Source of the DNA: an uncultured Planctomycetales bacterium
GTDB lineage: Bacteria; Omnitrophota; Gorgyraeia; Zapsychrales; Fredricksoniimonadaceae
Direction: 5' to 3'
Length of the DNA: 64,000 nucleotides
Assembly (NCBI GenBank): GCA_964572155.1
Contig: CAZNDZ010000001.1
Location: forward strand, 143,300 to 207,299
In this document: positions 29,601 to 41,600 of the stretch, piece by piece
Layout of the letters: each line of letters starts with the position of its first letter
How positions within the stretch are numbered: position 1 is the first letter of the stretch
Notes under the pieces: generated by a model
Seen by the model: the letters and a program-made list of their open reading frames with translations, nothing else
Told to the model about the DNA's origin: nothing
The model's database searches: none
Translations under genes and position numbers: made by a program

Positions 29601-32600
29601 AGGCAATGCGTCACTTAATGTCATGTGACGGATGATAACAACTTCGAAAACACCATCTTTGGTGCGATTGTAAATGCGCACATAAGGCTTATCGCTTTCA
29701 TATGCCTTGGGATCATCACCTTCTTGCAATTCATAAATGGAACGTTGAACGACTTCAATCGTTGCTTGACGACGACGATCTTGAGCTAATCGCTTAACTA
29801 GCAACTTTTGCGCTAAAATAGCGCGTTCTTCCGTCGACTCTGCTTCATGCACCCTAATGTGTTCTAAGATCTCGAATGCTCGATTGGCTGGGAAAACTTC
29901 GAGGAGCAACTTTAAAACCGTAGCTTCACCATTTTCAAATGCCGGATTCCAAACAATATTACCAAAATCATGGCGGGCAATTTCAAAAACACGTAATTCT
30001 TGCGGTGATCCTCGAATACGGCCGGTATCTTGGAGATATTGCAAGAACACCGTCAAATCCTTTACAAGATCAACAAATCCTGCCTTTTGCATGCCTTCAA
30101 TGGTCATGGGATGATCTTGATGTCGTTTGATGTATTTGATACCATCCGCGTCGACATTTTTAGCCGATATGAATTCAAAGATGGCTGCAAGCCCATGTAA
30201 ACCTGCCATTGCAAAAAGCGTATACTTTACAAAAACGGATATCACCCCAGCGGCTAGCAGCGATAGAATCGGCGCCGCACTTAATATAGAGTCAACCATG
30301 ATATACGGCGTGATCAAGGCTGCGACTGTAACAGGTTCAACATATAACCCTGCCGCAGCCAATAATAAGGCCGCAACAGCACTGGCAAAAAATCCAAACA
30401 AGAACGTTACGCCACTCACACCGTCGATACGACCTTCGTGAAAATTTACTCTGACTTTCTGTCCAAACATCAATGCCCCAAGCAAATGCCCAAACTCATG
30501 CCATGCGATGACGCCGGTATATTTCAATAAGTTTCTGACGCTCGACGATAAACCAAATGGCAATTGGTCGGTCCAAAGCAAAAGACCAAGATAGGCAGTT
30601 CCTGCAAAAACCTTGGTTCTTATAAAACCATTTAGATCCAACTGTTCGAGCCCATTGCCTTCGAATACTTTTGGATGCAAATATATTTGATGTGCTTGAG
30701 TTTTTCCAATCACGCTGCTGGCCGTAACCCATGTGATCAGAAATTTATTACTGGGATTGATCCAAGCAATTTTGAGGGGATCGATGGCTTTATTTGTTAA
30801 GAACTTTAATGTTTCTGGACTTAAAGCCTTCATGAAACGTTGACGTTCGACGTCATTTAATTCTCTTGGTAAATCGGTGCCAAAGTATTGCTCAACTTGA
30901 ACACCTAAGTTTTTTCCGTTCTCTAGAAGTGAGCGAATGAAATCAACTTGGCGTTTGATGTGTTTCACTGGATCAACCTGATAAAACTCTCCCACCACAG
31001 TGACTAAGCGTTGGGCAATTTGAATAGCATTCAAGTAACCTAAATCATCAAGTTGTTGATTCACAAAGATGAAGATAAATTCATCACCGCGATCCTTAAC
31101 ACCCTGCCATTGCGCCTTCATCGCTAAACCAACAGACTTAAATTCACCGTCCATTTTTCCGGCACTGGCCAACACATTTTTTAAACGCGCTGCCACATCA
31201 GGACGGCCTTGCGTTAAGCGATCTATCGATGCTTTAGATAGCGCCGTTAAATCAATTAATATGACACGATTATTGCGCAGCATGTCGGCCAACAAGTTCC
31301 CCATGGATAAACGTGGTTCTTTCGCTTCTCTAATATTAATGGTTTGATCCGGATGAGTTTGTAAGAAGTCGACCGCGAGTGTCGCAGCAAAATGATTCGG
31401 CTTTAATGTATGGTCTACATGGTTAGAAAACACAACACTATAGAGTTGCTTGAAGATATTGCGATAAACACCACTGTAACCATAACGCATTTGTGCTTGA
31501 TCGCTATCATATTGCAAGCCAACGTATGTATCGACAGATCTGTTTTGTTGATCTTTTTCAAAATCTCTAAACACAGCATCTAACTCATACTCAGCTTGCC
31601 TTTGTTCTTCTTCTAGCATCAAGGTTAAAATGGTGTTGCGGGCATATTCATCATCGGAAACAGCGCCTAAAATATCTAAGCCATCATATAAATGTTGTAA
31701 TTCAACAAAGTTTTCTGGTTTGCCTGTGAAATGATTTAAGGTAACATCAATGGCTTGTTGCTCATTTTCTCCTAACGCTTCATGTCCTAATATTTCATGT
31801 CGCAAAACATCTTTAAGCACCGCCAAAAATTTCGTGCTGCTGCGTTCATTCGTATTAAACGGCGGCAACATGGACATGGGGATCACATTAAGCAAAACGC
31901 GTCGGGTTTTAAAATCATACTGAGCTAAAATTTCTTTTGGAACAGCATTGGTAATTACAATGTTGTTCATGCGGCTAACAGGTAATGACAACCCTTCAAG
32001 TGCGGCTCGCACATAGGCTTGCTGACGGGCCAATAATTCATCGCCAGATGTAAATTTATCGGTGTCCAAACGGTGATGCCAAAAATCAAAACGTGATGGG
32101 TAATCAGATTTAATTTCAACAGGTGGCGTTCCAATGACGTCGACGATTTGGCCAGATGAAACTGGTTTTGGTGAACGGGTTGTATAGACTTTGGTCTGAC
32201 TGGTTGAATTCCAAGGATTGTAACGCCAGAAGGTGATCAAACGATCCAAGCCCTCTGGTTCAACCAAGGCCACTTCACTAAATGTTAAGACAAACATCTT
32301 TTGCACGGCCACCATATTGATTAACCCGTCATACATGATGCCGTATAATTTACGCACGTCACTAGATGCATCTCTAAAATCAACATCGCCTAAATGAATG
32401 TGATGATCCGTGACGTTGGAATTCTTACTATGGTCCGTCGCTTCTTCATTCGCTACTCTTAAGCCAGTGGTAAATACTTCAGCGCCGCCAGTAAATAAAT
32501 CACGGTAGCTCCACCCTGTTAATATCCCTTTGGTTTGCTTGGCAGTGGTTGCCACGTTGGCGGCGCGTTGAGGATCAATGGGTAAGAAGAAAAATGCCTT

Positions 32601-35600
32601 TGTACCACGTCTGACGCCACTTAAGAATCTAGCACCAAAATGGTCTTCGGCATTACCACCATGTTCAGCCACTTCTTGGGATGCGTGTGCAGTAGCATGC
32701 AATTTGCGTACTAAGATTTCTAAGAGTTGATGATAGGCTGATTCAGCACCGATCGCAAAGGTTGGCATTCCCAAACGATCCCACAGTGGATGATTCTTAA
32801 AGTAACGCATGACAATCGTAAAGCCATATAAGTTAAACAAGAACAACAATGTTTCAATGGTAACCGCAACAATGTTTAAATTCATGCCAAAAATAACGCC
32901 CGTGATAAACAGTTTGTTCCAAATCAACGCAGGGATAGAGAAGTTTAAAATTAAATATGAAACATTAAAAACCTTCCCCCACATAACTTCTTTAATACGC
33001 CACGCTAAATAATGTGCTTTCTCATTTATTGTTGCACTAACTGTTGATTCAATCGTTAATCCTTTATGATCAACTCCTAGAACTTGTTCGATTTTTTTGA
33101 GCGCATCATTGCGCAGGCGCATCAAATGTCTAAAGCCTTCTTTATTGATTTCCATCATGAAGCGGTACTGACGGCTATATTTTTGACGCATGCCGCGATG
33201 CAAGAACACGGCTAATTCGTTAACCAACCAAATCAATGCTGTTGTATCGACCGTTGATGCTTCAGAAATGCGGATATTCGCATCGGTGATAAACAAACGG
33301 CGACTAAATGGGGCCCCATCGCTAAAGCGTTGACCAATGCCCTTGGCCATGATGGTGTCAGGGCGATTATTTAAAACAAAAACACGCCCTGGAAACATGC
33401 TTTGCAACTTACCAACACCCGCTAAGGTTGGGAATGTTTGCCCTGAATCACTGATCGCAAAAAATATCGTTCTACGGGTCGCACCGTATTCGCGAGGATC
33501 ATCAACGAGCTTGTTCGACGAAATCGCTGAGATATTTAAATATGGGAAAATGACCTCTAATATTTCCTTAAGTTTTTCGCCCACCCATTGTGATTTTTCA
33601 AAACCTGTGATGATCAAATGTCGTTTCTCAAAATCAGCGATCTTATTCTTATGTATCTTTTCATGGAAATGACCATTGATCGCATCAACAAAGGCATTCA
33701 TGGCATTTTTGCTATCGTGTTCCCAATCCCAATCATTACGTACTTTGTTAAATGAGCTATTTAAGTAAGCTAAAATATTACGGCTAAGCACAAGCACCCA
33801 TGCGCTCAACTCTTTATCAAATTCTTTGGAAAGAGCATTTAAATCGATTGCTTGATCTAATTGTCCTGTTTGTGATAACTCATCGATTTTGTCCGAAACA
33901 AACTTTTCAGCCATCCCATAGAAGTAATCCTCTAATAAGGATTTTCCTTCAACAGCGTCCATCATGTCGGTGACAAACTTTTCGCGTGCTGACTCATCAA
34001 CCAACCCTACCTGATTACGCGCGAAGCGTTCGATCAACGTTAAAAATTTAGGTCTAAGTGTTGAAAAGCCCGTTGTGCGGCTTTTGATTTCATTTTCAAT
34101 AAATAGCGCTTCTAACATGGCCAACAGGTCTTGGGCGCTTTGATGGTTTAATGATGCTGGATTACTGAAACTATTGGTGATGCCAAGCAAAACACGGGCT
34201 GTATCTTCCATGTCAAACTTCACATAATTCTTAACACCAGCATAATCAACGAGCGGACGGTAGAACTGATTGTTTTCATTGAGCGACATCAAATTGTTAA
34301 AGAATTCATTCCCTGAAATCTCACGGCCTATATTCATGTTATAAACACTGACTTGGAAACGTCCATCCGCATACATGTTAAGATCTGCCACTTCACCTTT
34401 TCCGGTAATGTCCATGTCATAACGCTTGGTCAAATATCCTTTAGAACCATATTTGACTTGTAAGACCAATGATTCAGAAGCAAAACCGAAGAACTTTTCT
34501 TTCGTGTTAAAACCAAATGAGATGGCTTGATCGCGTGTAAAGAATGAAAGGCCATTGTTGAGTGAAGTGCGCACCACAACACCGAAGCTGCCTTCAGCGC
34601 GTTGTGCAAAGGCACGTGTGGCACGGTAACGATCATTGATAAAGAATGCGCGCAACACCCCTTCGACAAACACATCTAATTGTTGTGCATCTAAATGCCA
34701 ATTTCTAACGATTGCCGCTGCATTTTGATCCGCCAATAAAGCCTTAGTGATATCTTGGCGTAATTGATTTAAGCGCTCGCGTTGCTTTAACTTGACTGCA
34801 TCATCCGTCTGGTCAACTTCAACCCAAAGATCAGACAATGTTCTTCGTGGCTTATTAGCATTGAATTTAGAAATAGCTGCGGCATGTTGTTTAAAGATGT
34901 TGTCAATAACGCCAGCGATCGTGTTGCGGTCTTTGATGGATAAAGCCGTATTATCTTTAGCGACGGCTTCCAATGGCTTTTTGCCATTAAAAATATCTTG
35001 AGGTGTTTTAATAACATTTAAAATCCATGAGTTAATGACCGCAGATGTAAACATGCCTTGATTAAAGAATAATCGCACTGCACCGGAGGCTGGTGGAGAA
35101 TCGCCTGGGGTTTCGTCGGCAAACGGATAATCAAAAGGCTTCTTTACTTGTTCAACATGAAAGACATTCTTTAATAATTGGCGCAATTCATCATTATCGA
35201 TCTTACGCCCTAAAATATCAAAATAATCAAAATCCCCGTTATGAGTGATGGCCACAATCACCGTCTCAGTAGTCTTAACCAAGGCGCCTTGCGCATCAAA
35301 CGACCATACTTCAACATTTAATTCAACAAAGTCAACGTGAGGATGCGAAGCATTTGGCTTTGCTTTACCCGCCGTTGCAAAACGCACGTGACCAGATAAC
35401 AAATTGACGCCCAAGACTCCCTTTGCACCTTGCTTAATCATATGAATTACTTTTTTGGCCCAAGCACGTTCCATGACATCAGCAAGCAGAGGTCGTTTGC
35501 CTTTCATGGCTTTTAACATCAACATGCCATACCCACCTGTCGCATCACGGAAAGATTGGATCATACCTGCTGTTTGACCACCGCGGATGGTGATCATGGT

Positions 35601-38600
35601 CAATTGATTGCGTCTTGCTTCAACCGCCCAATCAGGATTGATTTCTGGTTCGAGTGAATTATCAATCCAACCAAAACCAAAGTTACCGCACTTAACCTCC
35701 TCATCGTAAACGTTATTTAAAACGTCTGTGATAAATGACAAAATAGTCGTAACCAAAAATCCAAAAACCATTGGAAAACTTACAAACGATACCCAAGAAA
35801 TAAAACCAAGATATCCCATCAATGAAACCATCAACAGTGTCAGATTTGATACAAACCCTGCCAATCGAACGCTCCAAGTCGCTGGTACGCGCGCATGAGG
35901 TTGAGCTTTGAAATATCCAACTACTGGTATTGCAGCAAATAATATTTGAGCTGGTGTTAGATTTCCTAGTAGATTGCTTTTATTTAGAAACTTACGGTCT
36001 TCGGTCACACCAGCTGCGAATGTATGCGCGGCTTCATTAACCACAAATCCTAAGACCAAGCTCACTCGAAAAACAATTATCCCAAGTAATGCCTGTATCC
36101 AACCACCACTCATGCCAATGCTTAGAATATTCAATAAATCTAATACCTTTAAATACCGATTAGGATTTAAAACTCCTGCTCCTCTATCATTATCCATCCC
36201 CAACCGCATGCCGCCTTGTGGCACGCCGGTTGAGCGGTCAATGATTTGAGCTGCTTCTCCCTCGCTGCTTAGAATTGCTTGCTCTGAAACTAACAATGTT
36301 GATCTTTCTTCATCATGAGTCAAGCGATGGGCGCGTAATTGCGCTAAATATGGGTCATTGTCATAAACAAATTTTTCGACGAATTGAATATGCTGATCAA
36401 ATGCATTTAAGTATTGAATGTAGGGAATGGTTCTAAAGCGGAAAACTTGGTCATTGCTTAATTGTGGTTCTTTGATGCTAGCGACTTCGTCAAACAAGAT
36501 AATTTTCAAATCTTGCGGTGGCGCACGTAATAACGCATTCATGTTTAAGTGAATCTCATTTAAACGCACCGTCGCAAAATATTTCAGACCATTGTTCACG
36601 CGAATACGAGGAGCAAAACCATTTAATTGTTCTCTGATAAAAGGCAGGACATGCTGATCAATAAATCGCAGTTCCACTGCTGTCGGCGCTCGCGGCTTGG
36701 CGTTGTGGTCAACTAATTCATCTTTTAAACGCAAAGGATAATTCTTTGCTTGATTCTTCTGAAATACTGATTCAAATCCATATGCAATGGAAATATGGAT
36801 GGGTTGGGAATTTTCCTTTGAAAATACACGACCAATGCCTTCTTGGAGACCTTCAAAATAGCTATTGATAGGGCTTGGTAAATCAGAGATTCCTCGAGAT
36901 GATAACAAGCTCTTTAATGTTCTGCCTGTCCTTAACATGACCAATGGAATGATAAAGTCACCTACAATATGTAAACTTCTAATCGGCATAACTTCTAGAA
37001 AACGATCATGCAGTTCATTTGAGTTTGGATCTTTAAAAAATAACGCTTGTTGTGCATCGATCCAATCCCGTGCATCTTTTATGCTGTACCCTAAAACATT
37101 TGTTAATACGCTAACTAACTTGTGAACCTGAGATTCAACACTAAACCATGCGCCTGACCGAATATACGCTTTTAATAAAATGTCGTAATCGCTCTCTCTT
37201 ACCCACTCAAATATTTTCTGAACATTGGATATGAATCTAACTTCTCGCTCTGTTGTATTAAAAGCAATGCGCATGAAACCTGTAAATGCTGGAAATTGTT
37301 CTAAGCCTAAATTGGCATAATCATATCGATTGAAGATATTATTACCCGCTAAAACTTTCTCAATCCTCTTGGCAAATACCAAATGATCATCAACAAACGG
37401 CTCAACCACCGCAACAGCCTCAAGTGTTCTTAAATCTTGAACAAGTACTCCCATTTTTTGGTTATTGGTGTCTTCTAAAGACATTTTCTGTGACGATAAA
37501 ACAATCTCACCTTCACGGCGTAATGGTCCTGTTAAAAATTGATCTCCAAAGGCCATATACAAAGCAGGTCTATCTGCATCATACATATCCAACAATGCTT
37601 CTTTAAGCGCATATAAGAACATGTCATCTCTGGCTGTAAAAACACCCTCCGAACCTTCTAACAATGACTTCGATAATAATGGCAATGTGAAATTTTCTTT
37701 TCTTAAACTTTCATTGATTGCTTCAAACATTTCCTTATCTTGAGCATCACCTGCTAATAATACAAGTCTACGTGTTTGGGTAATTGGCAAATCGAAGCGC
37801 GCCGCATCAATGAAATCTTCCCCATAAACTCTAAAACCTTCAGAAGGATTGTTTTTCGCGTATTTCCATAACTCGCTCAGCGTGGTTGATCTTCCTAAAT
37901 AATCTAAGGACATGAGAAACGGCCATAAACTGCCTCGTCCTACTTCCGTTGGCATAAAAATAATTGGGGTTTTATACAAGCTGGTTGATCGCATCATCAA
38001 ATATTCTTTTGAAGCACGAACAACATCCTGATCGTTTTCAACTGAGAAGATAATCATGTCGAGTGGGCTTGAATTGCTTTGTATATATCTTAAAGCATCC
38101 ATTTTCTTGCCCCACTGCAGCTGTTTAAAATAATCCCTTGTAAAAATGTGCTTCGCTCTTCCGATAAATATATTATTTAATTCCTCTTCAATGAACCTAA
38201 AACGACGTTCTACTAAATCAATGTCAGCTAATAACCCGGATTTGTTCTTCAATATGAATGGCAAATAATTAACTAAAACACCTGCACTGATCACCAATAA
38301 ACTTAATGTGGTCATTAATGTGAATCCTGTAAAAAATGCAAGATTTGTAAACATGATCGCTATGCCTAGGGGCACAAGAATTCTTCGACCAATCTGACTA
38401 TGACGCCAATAACGTTCAATAGAGAAATCTGTATCTTTCTCTTCTCCGCCTTCTAGCTTCTTCCCATCCTTGATAGAAATAAGTAATGCAGACCACTGTA
38501 TCAAAAATTCACTTGTTGATTCTTTATAAAGCCCAGGAATAAAACCATTGCTCTGATCATGAATCTTCTTAATTTGTTCTAGCGCTGACTGAATATACTT

Positions 38601-41600
38601 GTTTCCATTATAATCCAACCCCGTATGCCATGATCTTGCAAACTTCGTCCCATAACGCTGATAAAGATCTGCCAAATATTGACCTCTCGCAGATTTCCCA
38701 AAAAACTTAGGTATTGCATAATTAAACACACGGCGTGCAGAATAAATAGCCTCTAGCCCACCTAAGATATTATTGATCAATTGCCTTGTTTCTTGAATAA
38801 TCAGCAAAGCAAATGCTAAAACTTCTTTAAGCTCATCTGAGTCATCAGTTTTTGCTTGTTGATAAATGAAGTCCGTTATGATCTTATTTATCGATTTCTG
38901 TAGTTGGCTGTATGTACTCTTATATCTGACGACATTATCAGCAACCTTAATGGGGGAAGAAAAATTCTCTAGACGAATGATAAAAATAATCGTATTGAGA
39001 ACATTAGAGATTTCATCTGTCGTAAAGTATCTATCTTTTACATCTGTTTTCTTTTCTTTGATTTCAATAATCTGACTTAAATAATCCAACGCTTCTTGAA
39101 TCAACGTATCTTTATCTTTAGGTGTTTCAGAACGACCATTAGTCGTTGTACTCTGATTGACATTATTCTGACGATTATTTTCAATGTTTTTAATGGTGCG
39201 CACAAATGAGGATTTTGTTTCAACGGCTTGTGCCTGGTCAATTGATGCTTTAGGCTCATCATGCATCACAACAGAAATACTAGCCAATTCATTATTTGGA
39301 TCAAACGCAAATTCTTCCACAGGTGCTTGAGGTGCGGGTTTTGGTCCGTTAGATTTACGCTTGCCACCTCGAGGACCACGGCCATTGTTGCCCGTAATTT
39401 TGCGAATTAATCTTCTTAATAAGAAGTAAATGATCGCAACAACGGCTCCTGCGCCTGCAAAGCCAGCGGCAATTTCAGCAGCGCGTTGTGGCCATGTTAA
39501 GGTGTTTGATACATCATAAATGGTTTTCCAGTTAGCAACTTTGAAATCAAAGGTCTTATAAAACGTCTCCATCTCCAAAACGCGGTCGTTATAAAATTTC
39601 TTGTCGCCGTGTTCCAAAATTGGCAGCCATTTCCAAATCACATCATCAATTTTATCTTTATCATTTGCTCTTTGAATGGCCTGTTTGATTTCTTCTTCGA
39701 CAGCTGTATTCTTAAGCGGTGTATTGGTGTCTCTTACATTAAGTAGTTCTTTTAATTCTTGCTCGGCCAAACGTGCTGGTAAGGCATATTTATAATAGCT
39801 GTCGACCTTAGCCCAGTTTTCATTGAGTACCGCTGATTTCTCAACAACAGCCACAAGTTTTTGAACTAAAGGTTTATCTTGAACTGTAGGGCCAAAGTTT
39901 TCAAAGAGAGGTCGGACATGTAATATTTCCGCTGCGAGCAAAGCATTATTAAGATTTGAATTTTCTGTGACATTGATGCGGCGTTGCATTTCATCCGCCA
40001 AGATGCGCAAGGCATCACCATCTTTAGACGTTGCTAGAATTCGTAATGCTAAAAGCACTTCATCATTATTTGCTTTTGGATCCGCCAAAACTTCTTTTGC
40101 GATCTTTAAACGAATATCCACGGCATTATTTTGTGCATTGGCGCGCGTATTTTCAAACTGTGCCAAAGCCCATAAGACCTTGTCTCTTAAGACAGGATCT
40201 TTGAACTTTTCAGCTATCATATAAACCGCCAATGGATTACTCTTCCCCTTAAATTTAACTGGGTCGCGTTGTTCATCATAGTGATCAGACACGAGCGTCA
40301 TGATGGCATATTCACTATTTAAAACATCCGCCCCAAACAACCATTGATTAATCAAAGCCGTACGTGATCCTGTTGATTGAGCATACGTTAACGCGCTGCT
40401 GCAAACTGCTAAAGCAGAATCCATACGTTTATGGAAATCATGGATGTTAATCGTCATCTGGCTAAAGAACCGACGGGTTGCATCCTCATAATTAACTCTT
40501 GGTATCGGCCGACTTAAATTGATCAATGTTCTGGCGCGTAAAGGCTTGTCTTCAACAAGATTACTAAAGGTGCTTTGTTTGTACCCATAAGGCACAATAG
40601 CCCTAACCTTATCATGAAGGGTTGCATCAATTTCGGACATCAAGTTGATGGTCAACCATTCTTTGCCAATGCTTAATGGATCATTTTTGATTTTGTTTAA
40701 TTTATTCTGTGCCAAGAAATCTGGTTCAAGACCAGCAGCCATTTGCTTATATGCTTTAACAGCTGCAACAGCTAACTCTTGATAAAATTTCTGAGCAATA
40801 ACATCGCGGGTATCAATTGGATATTGTTCATTAAGATTCTCAATGACCGCGCGCAATGCACCCGCAGCTTGTGTGTTGTTTTGTAATTTACCTAAAGCAT
40901 CGATTGCGGCTTTGCGTGCAGGAACAAATTCATTTTTATCGTTAGCACGTTCGCCTAAGAATGTCACAATCGCATCATCCAAAGGCAATGTCTTCCATAA
41001 GCCTGCTTCTAATACAGACCCTAATGCCCCAATCATCGCCGTCTTATCATTATTTTCCGTTGTCTTCTTGGCCACATCAAAGACATTGATCACATCAACT
41101 GTCTTTGGATCAATGTTAACGATCAACCCTGTGCTTAACGTAACTTTTGATGCCGCGGGAACATTAGTAGAATCACGTAAGTTGCGCATGGCGCTCATTT
41201 GTGTTTGTAATAATAATTCTTTGCTTTGGCCTTGTGCCACGGTTGGTCGTTGTGGCAAGGCACGCAATTGACGATCAATCTGATCACGGACGACATTTTG
41301 ATCGAGTATTCTAAAGATAGATTTAACCTTGGTGATATGTGCTGACAATGATCCGGAATTAAACAAGGTCACATTAACCGCATCTTCTAAGATAAACTCG
41401 ATTAATGGTCTTACAAAAACTGGACTTTGCACATTTGCAGGGTTTAATTTTTCAAAGGTCATTAAAGCAATCGTGAATTTCTTGTGCGTTAATGCATCGG
41501 TTAAAATTTGTTGGGCATATTCATTATTGGTTTGAAGCAAGAAATCTACAATGGCTGCGGCTAACGCTGGATCAACGTTCTCTTCCTTTAATACAGCTGC

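Noticed and set aside
31757-31804. HEILGHEALG in the giant protein (aa ~10710) as a third metalloprotease site
   Set aside because: The spacing is HEXXXH, not HEXXH. Kept out of the protease-site count.
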